From: Eledone cirrhosa
Taxonomy: Eukaryota
Length of the DNA: 64,000 nt
Reading direction: 5' to 3'
Assembly: GCA_964016885.1 (NCBI GenBank)
Contig: OZ024758.1
Location: 2,480,001-2,544,000 of the forward strand
In this document: positions 1 through 11,004 of the stretch, in pieces
Numbering within the stretch: the stretch's first letter is position 1
Layout: every line of letters starts with the position of its first letter
Position numbers and translations under genes: made by a program
Notes under the pieces: model-generated
Seen by the model: the letters and a program-made list of their open reading frames with translations, nothing else
What the model was told of the DNA's origin: nothing
The model's database searches: none

Positions 1-89
1 ATAGATATTATTTTCTTTTTTTTTTTTACTTGGACTACCTTTTATTTTCTGTGCCTATCCTTTGTGATCCTGTCTTTATTTTTGTACTC

Positions 90-486
90 TTAACCCTTTA
101 GCATTTACATTACTCTATATTTACTATTGTATTTTCATGGTAAAGGCTTTATTTCACATACTTATCTCACATTATATCAGATCTACATGGTGGTGGATTG
201 GCAGTATTGGTAAAAGGTCGGATGTCATATTTTTCAGTGTAGTTACGTCCCTTTAGTCCGAGTTCAAATCGTGCCGAGGTTAACTTTGCCTTTCATCCTT
301 ACGGGGTTGATAAAATACAGTACCAGTAATGTACTGGGTAATTGCTGGCCTTGTGCCAAAAGTAGAATCAATTATATCAGATCTACAAGATTTTGATATT
401 ATTTATTTTGAGAACAACACCTTAACATAAGTATGAGCAGCCAGTTACAGCTGGTTTGGAGAGAAAGAGGTGAATGAATTCTGACC
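90..486 (+). mobile_element. piggyBac-type MITE (TTAA|CCCTTT..GCATTTA end), interrupted by SINE
   Basis: Same ~200-bp family as 13341-13536, 16171-16378, 18196-18394, 19202-19408, 60953-61181. Confidence 0.68.
189..367 (+). mobile_element. tRNA-derived SINE (Nin/Deu-like core) nested in a piggyBac-type MITE
   Basis: GGTGGATTGGCAG...GAGTTCAAATC...GCCTTTCATCCTTACGGGGTTGATAAAA; 17-bp TSD attatatcagatctaca (171-187, 371-387). Confidence 0.8.
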
Positions 487-887
487 ATTTTTCTGTGACC
501 CCAGAATCTTTGCACTTCCCTTTATCTTTCATTTTTAGATATCTGTAGTGTTGCTGTTATTTGAAATAGATTTGTTTTTCATTTTATAAAGTCAGAGGAA
601 TAAATTAAAACAGTTTGAACTTTTTACAGGACCTCTGAGACTGGTGAGGGTGGGAGGCTATGGCTGGTGGAGGGTGGAGGGTGGGAAGTGAGGCTGAGGC
701 TGGTGGAGGGTGGGAAGTGAGGCTGGTGGAGGGTGGGAAGCTGAGATTGGTATGTGGGAGAAAGGGAGGGAGAAAGATAACTGCAGTGCAGAGACTTGTC
801 TGGAATGTTTACAACAGAGTGGGCTCTATTTTTTGTAGGAAAAGGGTTTATATTATTATTGGAACTTATTTTATCCCATTTCCTTCA

Positions 888-1036
888 GCGGTGGATTGGC
901 AGTATAGAGTTACGGCCCTTTATGGTCAGTTCAAATCCCGCCAAAGTTAAATTTGCCTTTCATCCTTACGGGGTCGATAAAATAAAGTACCAGTGATGCA
1001 CTGGGGTAATTGCTGGCCTTGTACCAAAAGTAGAAA
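888..1036 (+). mobile_element. Same SINE family, internally deleted copy
   Basis: Shares head and core with 189-367. Confidence 0.75.
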
Positions 1037-1823
1037 CAGTTATTCTTGTATATTTATTTAGTGATTTTTCCATCTCTATTTTGACAATTGCTGAGAAGTC
1101 TGTTATAATCAGACATATTTTAAGTTGTCTTCTACTTAATCTTGGGAGGGTTGTTGGGGGCAGAGCCCACAAACACTTCTTCCAGCATGTCTTGTCAGAA
1201 GCAACCACCTGCAACTGATCTGGCTGGATCTGCAAGCAAGACCAGCCGAGCTCATGGTTGTCTTCTGCTATAATTAAACAATAGCAGTCTTCCATTACTG
1301 CACAATTATTTGTAGTTAACATTTTAATACTCCTTGTATTCTAAATGAACTGTTGACAAAATAACAGATTGATAGTTTTGTCATTGACTGCTAAGTTAAT
1401 GGTTATTTTAGTTATTTACCTACTGACTTGGGTTGTTACAGTGTTTGATACCCAGCATTCTGACCACTTTGACCCAGGTCTTCCTTCGTCTACCTCTAGC
1501 TTCCTTGCACAAGAATTTCCTGGCACTTCTTCACCCAGTTGATCATCATCCATGTGCATCACATGTCTGTATTCATGCAGCCACCTCTCTTGCATGCCAC
1601 TTCAGGTTTCTCTTAAACTCAGTTTCTTCCTCAGTTCATCCAAGCTCTGTCTTTCTCTCACATTTACATTACACGTCGTCCAACGAAGTATAGCTACTAA
1701 CATCTAAATACTATTTAAGTATTAACATTTTTTTTCATATTGACTGAAAAATTTAATTTTCTTATAGAATCATATTGTAACTTGAATTATTTTTTTTAAT
1801 GTTTTTAAATTCTTTAAATTCAG

Positions 1824-1957
1824 ATATCTGACGATGAAGATGACACCCATCCTAATATCGACACAGCGAGTCTTTTCCGCTGGCGTCACCAAGCCCGTAT
1901 TGACAAGATGGAACAGGCAAAGATGGAAAGAGAAACATTTGAAGAAAATGTCAAGTC
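1824..1957 (+). CDS. CDC37: CDC37 coding exon ([25 protein letters not shown]...)
   Basis: ttcag| acceptor, |gtatgt donor; canonical Cdc37 N-terminal kinase-binding motif. Confidence 0.95.
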
Positions 1958-4900
1958 GTATGTACACTGTTGTTCTTAATCCCTTTAGTATTTACATTAC
2001 TCTATATATACTATTGTATTTTCATGGTAGAGGCTTTACCTCACATAGTATTTACATTACTCTATATATACTATTGTATTTTCATGGTAGAGGCTTTACC
2101 TCACATAATACCTCACATAGCATTTACATTACTCTATATATACTATTGTATTTTCATGGTAGAGGCTTTACCTCACATAATACCTCACATAGCATTTACA
2201 TTACTCTATATATACTATTGTATTTTCATGGTAGAGGCTTTACCTCACATAATACCTCACATAGCATTTACATTACTCTATATATACTATTGTATTTTCA
2301 TGGTAGAGGCTTTACCTCACATAATACCTCACATAGCATTTACATTACTCTATATATACTATTGTATTTTCATGGTAGAGGCTTTACCTCACATAATACC
2401 TCACATAGCATTTACATTACTCTATATATACTATTGTATTTTCATGGTAGAGGCTTTACCTCACATAATACCTCACATAGCATTTACATTACTCTATATA
2501 TACTATTGTATTTTCACAGTAAAGGCTTTATTTCACATAATTATCTCACATATTACATTACTTTATATATACTATTGTATTTTCATGGTAAACACTTTAT
2601 TTCACATAATTATCTCACCTAATATTGAATCTATAAGATTTTAAGATTAATACCTTAACATTAGTATGAGCGGCTGGCTACAGCCAGTTTGAACCAAAAC
2701 ACAGGTGAGAGAATTCTGGCTGGATACGGCCGGTTTAAATGCTAAAGGTTTATACATGTTTAGTTCCAGATTGAGGAGCTTGTGGTCAGTTATTCCATCT
2801 TTATATTTCAATTATTTCATATCATCTGAATTAATGGAGGGATACGTTAGATAATTTAGTCTTGTAAACCCTTAAAAAAGGTTAGATGGTTATGGTGAGA
2901 ATGTCTTTGATCGTGGGTTTATTCGAACCTCACCTCACATTCATTGTGTCATGTTAGCTGAGTCTCTCTATAGAATTTGTTGCAAATTAGTAGCAATGTC
3001 AAAGTACATATACTTGGTTTGTTGTCTATGTTTCATATCACAGTCTTTGTTTTATTCATTAAGACAGACTTCACTTTGTCAACTTCTGTTGTGACTACCA
3101 CCATAGTCTGCAGTTGTACAGAAATAAAACTGGACAGTAGAGAGAATACATGTCCTGTTAGCAACACAACGTGCAATACTACTCACCACTACATGTCTTT
3201 ATCTAGACAGATATATGAGACAGTGCATCTATAATAACCTATCTGTTGACTTTACTTTGTCATTTGGTCATTTACCTGCCTGCTATAGGTAATCTCAATT
3301 GGATCTCACCTGTATATATACAACAGCTAATAAATGGAAAATGAAGTTAGTTACTAAATCCTTTCAAATCTTTGGGTATTTTCAAAATATATTGAAACTT
3401 CTGTGGTGTATTTTTTGTTAGAAATCTGACAAGAGAGTTAGGTCAAGTTTTAGATGAATTGTGTAATTCATTTCCTTTTGTTATGTTTCAGAAATAAGAA
3501 AAAAATAGAAGAAATAAAACAAAAAATCAATGAATCTGATAAGGTAAGTTAATTGTAAAGATTTCACCTTTAATTTGATAGTTTAAGTAGCAAAATAAAT
3601 CTTAGTTTTGTTTATATTTTAGACAGATTCTTTTGATCCTCTTGCCTTTTGTTTTTCAGATTTTTACCTGTCATAATATTTACTTTCAGTTGAAATTTTA
3701 CTTTGTGATAATAAACTTATATTTATTATAGTAATAATAATTTTATATGGTAAAGATATAAAAACTCTTTCACTGGATTCAGCCATTTAAATGTAGCCAT
3801 GTTGAATCACTACCTTCTCATGTATAAATCATTTACATTAAACTCTAAAATATAAATAACTTGGAGAGATTTAATAAAGACAGGGGTTCAGATTAATAAC
3901 TTCAGTATTTGTGTGTCTGTGAAATATATACATATGCACCAGGTCCGAACACAAAGGAACCACACTGTTACTGCCTCCAACTCTCCTGCTCTCCCCATCT
4001 CTTGTTGTTATGAGCAAATGGGGACCCATGTGCTGGCTGCCCCGGCAGACAGAATAATTACACAACCTCTATTTGACAATGTTATACTGCACAAACTTGG
4101 CTGGTCATGTTAAAAAAAGAACCCCCAAAACTATTTAAAATGATGGTATTTTGTTTTGTACAAAATCTCACCAATGCTTTGAATGTATTTTTCATTCATT
4201 CATGGACGCACATGGCTTAGTGGTTAGAGCATTGGCCTTGCAATCGAAAGGTTGTGAGTTCAATTCTCAGACCGGGTGATGTGTTGTTTCCTTGAGCAAG
4301 ACACTTTATTTCACATTGCTCCTTCTGTCTGCCAGGAGTTGCAACCGGAAGATAGTATCTGCGATGGAAAGACCAATGGAAACATTGTTTCCTTGGTCTG
4401 ATTTGATGAGTTCCATCCCACTTGACAAGTGAATGAGGTCCTAGATCTTGTCAATCGACCAGAGTGAGATGATCAATGGAATTCCACTCGTGACTATCTC
4501 GTCTTTCTGTATTCTGTACTCATAAAACAAGTCTCTGCAAGTTGTGATTGGTTTAAATAGCTGTTTAAGTGTTTTTTTTACCTTGAGGGACCTTGGCTGA
4601 TATTTCTAGTAGACCATATAGAGGTTTCTTCATGGAATTATTGTTTTTCACTATTAGTCTACAATTGTTCATTCCATTTCTTAATAGACTTGTCAAGGAT
4701 GTTCCTCCGTTCTCATGAAAAAATGTTTGTTTAACCAATAAAACTCTTGTGTTCTCATGAAACAAGTCTATGCAAGTTGTGAGAGTTTAAATGGAAGTCT
4801 GTTAAACTTTTTATTGTTCCTTGTCTTGTTTGTAAAATAATAGTAATAAAAATTGTGTACACTGCTCAGGTGCACTCATCAAATGTGCATGTATAGTGCA

Positions 4901-5107
4901 TAGAATAATGTACAAATGTCAGGAAAGTGTATGTCATGATATACACACAGACACATGTGTGCATGGCAAATATCAGGTTGTAGCTGATGAATTCTGTTAT
5001 TTTTTTTAAAAGATAATTTATGACAAGAATAAGGACAAAGAATAATCAGCAAATGCAGGAAGCTTCTGGTTGTGTATGTGTAATGGGACAATATCTACAT
5101 ATTTATA

Positions 5108-5153
<46 letters not shown>

Positions 5154-8100
5154 TTGGCTTGGCAATAAAGTTTTTAGAATAGTAGGTTGTATACTGTATA
5201 TTGCAGTAAATGTTGTAAATATTAGTTGGAATTTGAACTTTGTTGTACGTGTATAATATTCTGTATGAATGCTGTATTTTGTCACTGGCCTATGCATAGT
5301 TATTTTGCTGTCAATACACACATCGAACTGCTCAATCCACAAAAGATTTCAGTGTACAGCAATAGTGAGTAGTAAGAGTATCAGCAAAATAAACTTTTTC
5401 CAATTCCAGGAAGGTTCCATAGAAATAGTTGATAGCTTCTGCTACCTAGGTGACCTAGTGGAAGAGGTTGCTTTGAGAGCATTGTAGCTAGGATGAGAAT
5501 AGGATGGAAACAGCTCAGGGAGCTACTATGCCTGTTGACAACAAAGGATTTCCCTTTACGAACGAAAGGCTGGTTGTGTGTGATAGGCAATGTAGCATAA
5601 TAGACATGGGCAGTGAATATAGAGCATATGTGAAAGCTATAATGAAATTGTACCAGCATGATGGATGTGCAATGTTAATGTGTGTAAAGGCCAAAACATG
5701 GATGAACTGAGAAAGAAAAGAAATGGTGATAAGAGAAATTAGATGTGTGCAAGAGGGAAGACTGCACTGGTATGGACAAGTGATGTATATATAATATATA
5801 TGTTCATTTGAATGAGGATGTTGTATGAAATCCCAGTGGAAGGAAATTACAGAAGAAACCCTAGGTGAGGTGGTGAGAGCTGACCTGAAATTCCTTACTT
5901 AAGCTCAGAGGAGATAATGAAGGGATGCAATGAGAGGGATACTGCACTTGGAAAGATCTATCTAACCCATGCAAGCATGGAAAAAGGAACATATGATGAT
6001 GTAAACTAGTATTTTAGATTAGTTATGAGGTAACTGAAGTTTGTTTTCTTATTTCAGGTACCTTCAGCTGAATTAGCCAAACTTAAGATAGAAATCTCTG
6101 AACTGGAAAAACAAGAACAGGAATTCCATGACAAGGAAGAAGCTCTTAAGAAAAAAGAAAAGGTTTGTAAATTATATTGATTGATCTGTTGTGTGTTGGT
6201 CTGTAAATTATATTGATTGATCTGTAAATTATATCGATTGATCTGTATATTATATTGATTAGATCTGTGAGGTGTTGATTTGTAAATTATATTATTGAAT
6301 CTGTTTGATGTGGTGAATGATGGAAGTATATCTTTATTTTCCCATAAAACTTATAAAGTAATTGTTCATAGTTTTAGTACAATAGATATGACTGTGTTGT
6401 TAAGAAGTCTGCTTCAGAACCGTGTGGTTTCACGCCCAGTTCTAGTGTAGTATCTTGGTTGTCTTCTACAATATCCCTGGGCCAACCATACAGTTTGAAT
6501 GTGACATCTTGGTAGTCTTCTATATCCTTGGGCCAACCAATGTCTTGTGGGCAAATTTAGTATGATGAAACCTGCAACCGTCTCTTCCTGAAGCAGACTG
6601 TTTAACCACACTGCCATGTATAACATATATTTTGGGTACCTAGCTGCGGCCAGGAAGGCCGGTCAACCGGCTTTAACTTACATTGACCAACTCTGTGGAG
6701 GTAGTCAGCGAAAGGTTGGCTGACTGGCTTTAACTTACATTGACCAACTATGTACAGGTAGTCAGCGAAAGGTTGGCTGACCAGCTTTAAATTACATTGA
6801 CCGACTATGTAGAGGTGGTCAGAGGAAGGTTGGCTGACCAGCTTTAACTTACATTGACCGACTATGTAGACACACAGGATGCTCCCTTAATGACCTCCCA
6901 ACACTTGATCATGATGGATGGCGAACTAGGCTCATGAAAGTCTGAGCAAGCTTGACCAGTTGATGATAAATATGTTTGTTAGTCTAATATATTTACCTGT
7001 ATTTTCATGTCTCTCTACTTTACAGCTCACTCCATGGAATGTTGATACTTTGTGCCACGATAAATCATCTAAAACTGTAAGTTCAGCTATGTTTATAACT
7101 TCTATTACCGTGGCCATACTGGGGCTCCATCTTTTACTGGTTTCAGACAGACTGGCCATGCTGGGGCACCACCAGCTTTTGCTGGTTTCAGTCATTAGGC
7201 TGTGACCATGCTGTCGCACCACACCAATACTGCTCCATATTTTATCAAATAGCTGGTTAATTCATCTCAATTTAAGGGATGTAACTTAAGCAATAAATAC
7301 CAGTGTTTTTCTTTGATATATTTGTTGGCATTCCCTCGTGTGTGTGGTGTCACTTGTAAATGTTACCTTTGAAACAAAGCAGACTTAACTAAAGGCCCCT
7401 GGTAGTGGTGTTAATGTTGACAATGTACTGGATATTTCACCTTTTCAGTTATGTCTGCATAAGTTCTTTATAAAGCTTTGTTGAGGTGTTAATGTAGACA
7501 ATATATCTACATGTTAGTTTATAAAGCTGTGTTGTGGTGTTAATGTAGACAATATATCTACATGTTAGTTTATAAAGCTGTGTTGTGGTGTTAATGTTGA
7601 CAATCTACTGGCTGTATATATCTACATAAGTTGTTTATACAGATGTGTAATAATATACTTTCTTTTCTTAGTTAATTAATGTAACTCAACCAAAGAGACA
7701 AGAACTGACTGAAGAAGAAAAGACCATAAAGCAAGTAAGTGTTTTTCAATCCTCTTTTGTTGCCTGTGACCATATTAGGGCATAATCATCATCGTTGTTT
7801 TATGTCTGCCTTCCCAAGCTGGTCTGGGTTAGACAAGACTTTTTTTAAAGGCAATATTCTGCAACTAGATGATTTACTTTGTTTTAACTCTGGTATTTGA
7901 TAAAAAGTAAAGTACTAAAGTTTTACTGATTAACCTACTGGGCTGCTGGGCATAACATTATCTGCTGCTCAAGTGGTATCAATGCTGAGATGTACAGACA
8001 CACATATAGAGAGAGAGGTCATACTGTTGCTACAATAACAGTATCCAGTCCACCCGGTAAAGTGGTTGGCATTAAAAAAGGGCATCGAGCTGTAGAAACC

Positions 8101-10416
8101 ATCTACAAAAAAAAGGGTTGTATTTGTCCTTAATGTCAGTAAAAAAAAATCTGAGTTTATCCCCTTAAATTGCTGTACTCACTTCAATGTATTTTATAAT
8201 AATATTGTATTACTAAGTTTCAATGTCTCTCGGCATGTATCTATGACCTACTTAACCATATCTAATTTAAGAGAAAATGTCTAACATTACCCTTGTTTCA
8301 GTTTAAATTGTCATTTATATTTTCTACTTTTAAGGAAATTTTCATAAAGGAACACAAACAGGAAGTTGAAAAATTTGGAATGATTAAAAGACCTCAAGAC
8401 AGTATGGAATATTTGTTAGCACATAATCATTTGGTGTGTGAAGAAACAGCTAATTACTTGGTGATGTGGTGTATAGAACTGGAGATGGAAGAGGTAGGGG
8501 TTCAGTTTTGGTGTTTATGTTACATAAGAGAAAACCAGGTGTAAGGCTTGTGTAAGGTTTTAATCCTTTAAACTGTCCAGCTCAGACCTCTTTCAGTTCA
8601 AACCAGCTGTAACTGGCCACTCATACTTATGTTAAAGTATTGTTCTCAAAATAAATAATATCAAAATCTCATAGATAAGCCTTGACCTTGAAAATACAAT
8701 AGTAAAATTAATTAAGAGAGGCTCAATTAGATATATTGAGTCATGTATTAAGACATTACTCAACAAGTAACTGGGTTCTGTGTGAGTTAATGGCTAAACC
8801 TATATTAGTTAAGGACAGAACTGTTATGTAAAGAAGCATATTGGATGATTTGTTAATGTATCAACAATTATTGATTTAAAAAAAACCCCCAAGAACTGAA
8901 GGATGTAACATTCTACAAACGATCAATTGTAATTTGGGTTAATAGGCCACTGATATAAATATATTGGATTATTGTCGTACTGTGGTGTCTGAATTTTTGA
9001 TTTTCAAGTTAGACCTCTTTATTTATTTATTTTAGAAGGCATTTTTTAAGGTAAACAACTTTTTTTTTTTTGCAGAAAAAGAATTTAATGGAACATGTTT
9101 CCCATCAGACAATTGTAATGCAGTTTATTTTGGAACTTGCTAAACAACTTGACCGAGATCCTAGAGACTGTGTAAGAACATTCTTTGGCAAGTAAGTAGG
9201 TCTTTTAAAAATTTGTTTTGTAAATATAGATAACCTCATTTCTAGAAATATTTAAATATCCCTCGCCTATCGACATGTTAAACTCTCTGTAAATGGCTTT
9301 CACGTTATTTTATATCGCAATTGATAAACACTAGTGCCGTTGGTTATAGGATTCCAACAGGGCAATCACTGGTTCACTCCATTTCTAGGTGTAGAACAAT
9401 TATCACAAGGAACTTCATTTGAAAAGCACATGAAAAACAAGAATTGGGTGGCATTCAGCTATCAAAAGTCAGTCAACCACAGGCTTTGATCTAGTTACTC
9501 ACTCATAAGGTGCTGCACTAGAATTGATTCTGGAATTGCCTGGCTACAAAGTGAACTTCTCGACCATATAACAATACCTGCACCCATATTTATCTATGTC
9601 TAGCCCACCTATTATCACCTGTTTTTCCATGCTATCATAGATTGAACTTAATCTAAATAATTTGTTTCAATAAAGCTCAACATTTTATTGACCATCTTGT
9701 CTTTTTGTATAATTTATTTGTCCTCTTTCCTTTAGGATGACAAATCCCAATCCTGCTCAAGAGAAACAATATATGACAGCTTTTGAAGATGAGTTAAATG
9801 CTTTCAAAGGCAGGGTTCGTGCCCGAGCCAAAGAAAAACTGGAAGAAAGCATTAGACAGATTGAAGAGGTATTTATCTCCTTTTAAAGCTCTTCTTAATT
9901 CCATGATTTAATTTTTCTTGCTATTTACTTTATTTTGTATGTTTGCTTTACAGGAAGAGAGACAAAAAAGATTAGGACCTGGAGGTTTGGATCCAGTTGA
10001 AGTTTTTGAAACTTTACCTGAGGTATGTAAACAATTTTTATACTATTCTAGTTATATTGTTTAACCCTTTACTTACCAACTTGGCTCTGGTTTTATGAAA
10101 TAAAACCACCCAACATAACCTTATATTAATGAAATAATTAATTTTCATTAATTAAAGGTTAAAACTATTTTTAAATTAATGTTTGATATTTACTTGACAG
10201 GTATTGAAAGAATGCTTTGAACAGAAAAATATACAGAAATTAAAAGACACAATTGTAACTCTGGATTCAAAGGATGCTGAATATCATATGAAACGTTGTA
10301 TTGATTCTGGCTTATGGGTGCCGGATGGAGGAGTTAACAAGGGTGATGAAAATGAAGCAGAAAACAATGAGACGGAAAATAATACAGGTGTTGAGGAGGA
10401 AGCCAGTAGTAATTGA
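1824..10416 (+). CDS. CDC37: Hsp90 co-chaperone Cdc37, spliced, 5'-partial (first ~11 codons upstream of window)
   Basis: Exons 1824-1957, 3492-3543, 6058-6162, 7026-7076, 7672-7734, 8335-8493, 9076-9191, 9736-9868, 9954-10022, 10201-10416. All introns are GT-AG with consistent phases (1098 nt total). Motifs: [91 protein letters not shown]. Confidence 0.96.
1976..2752 (+). mobile_element. piggyBac-type MITE with internal 72-bp tandem amplification
   Basis: Termini ccctttagtattta / taaatgctaaagg; ~9 tandem units in 1988-2620. Confidence 0.72.
3492..3543 (+). CDS. CDC37: CDC37 coding exon ([17 protein letters not shown])
   Basis: tttcag| ... |gtaagt; phase fits neighbours. Confidence 0.85.
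4204..4500 (+). mobile_element. Second tRNA-derived SINE family (CORE-like domain)
   Basis: A box tggcttagtggttag, B box gagttcaattctc, ccttgagcaagacacttt core; relatives near 18510-18665, 20000-20250 and 26400-26602. Confidence 0.7.
5395..6000 (+). mobile_element. Degenerate RTE-clade LINE 3' fragment
   Basis: [31 protein letters not shown] remnants across frameshifts. Confidence 0.7.
6058..6162 (+). CDS. CDC37: CDC37 coding exon ([10 protein letters not shown]...EEALKKKEK)
   Basis: tttcag| ... |gtttgt; coiled-coil segment preceding PWNVDT. Confidence 0.88.
6640..6935 (+). mobile_element. RTE-like LINE 3' fragment with 60-bp tandem duplications (x4)
   Basis: Repeated aaggttggctgaccagctttaacttacattgacc (..[10 protein letters not shown]-like). 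Confidence 0.55.
7026..7076 (+). CDS. CDC37: CDC37 coding exon ([17 protein letters not shown])
   Basis: ttacag| ... |gtaagt; conserved PWNVDTL. Confidence 0.93.
7672..7734 (+). CDS. CDC37: CDC37 coding exon ([21 protein letters not shown])
   Basis: tcttag| ... |gtaagt; phase 0/0. Confidence 0.85.
8335..8493 (+). CDS. CDC37: CDC37 coding exon ([16 protein letters not shown]...[22 protein letters not shown])
   Basis: tttaag| ... |gtaggg; an alternative in-frame acceptor exists 33 nt upstream (8302). Confidence 0.92.
9076..9191 (+). CDS. CDC37: CDC37 coding exon ([38 protein letters not shown])
   Basis: ttgcag| ... |gtaagt; Hsp90-binding middle domain. Confidence 0.94.
9736..9868 (+). CDS. 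CDC37: CDC37 coding exon ([34 protein letters not shown]...)
   Basis: ctttag| ... |gtattt. Confidence 0.93.
9954..10022 (+). CDS. CDC37: CDC37 coding exon ([23 protein letters not shown])
   Basis: ttacag| ... |gtatgt; diagnostic motif. Confidence 0.95.
10201..10416 (+). CDS. CDC37: CDC37 last coding exon (...[14 protein letters not shown]...stop)
   Basis: tgacag| acceptor; TGA stop at 10414-10416. Confidence 0.95.
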   Translation, partial: VLKECFEQKNIQKLKDTIVTLDSKDAEYHMKRCIDSGLWVPDGGVNKGDENEAENNETENNTGVEEEASSN

Positions 10417-10801
10417 ATGAGCTACTACCTGTAAACTTGCCACTGGTCTTTTTACCTATGAGAGCCATGAGTCTCAATGTCATGGCATTGGTTTACTGTC
10501 TTCCTTTACTTGTACAGAAACAAAGCTAGATTTGGGAAGTGATGTTTGCTGCTTACAATCCAAGTCAGTGTTGGGGAGGGTGTGTATTGACTATTCAAAT
10601 ATTACTAGTTTGACTGATCGGTTTCTGATTTCTCAAGTAATTCTTTCCGGGGGATGGGTAGATCAAATTGGTTTAGCTAACTTTCTGGATTGTGTGAAGA
10701 AAAAGAAAATGTTTTGGAAAAAAAAAATATAAAAATAATTTTCAATGAGTTCTGATAAAAGAACAAATATGAAAGATTTTTCTTTTTTGGTCTTTATTTT
10801 A

Positions 10802-11004
10802 TTAAAGTGATAAATCTTTCTTTTTATCTTTTTTAGCCTTCTTTTTCTTTATTTTCTTCTTACCCTTTTTAGGGGGATGTTTAATTTTAAGTCCTTTTGT
10901 TTTCTTAACTAAAATATCATCATCGTCCTCACCGCTGCTTTTATTTCCACCACGATCTTCTAAGCAAATGTTGAATGCTTCCCCAGTTTTGAAATAAGAC
11001 TTTA
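10802..11004 (-). CDS. PWP1: PWP1 last coding exon (Lys-rich tail, stop)
   Basis: tttcag| acceptor; TAA at 10804-10802; AATAAA immediately downstream. Confidence 0.88.

Noticed and set aside
1828-1834. CTGACGA hammerhead core (also CTGAAGA at ~7709)
   Set aside because: Lies in CDC37 coding sequence with no stems.
1834-2644. 262- and 224-aa repeat proteins, or a CRISPR-like array
   Set aside because: 72-bp head-to-tail repeat without unique spacers, derived from a MITE inside a CDC37 intron; eukaryotic context.
4204-4275. tRNA gene
   Set aside because: A/B boxes are present, but it continues into a SINE core and lacks a clean cloverleaf; other tRNA-like heads are likewise SINEs.
4984-5010. 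CTGATGA hammerhead core (also ~22709, ~42488)
   Set aside because: No properly placed GAAA or stems could be drawn; at best decayed remnants.
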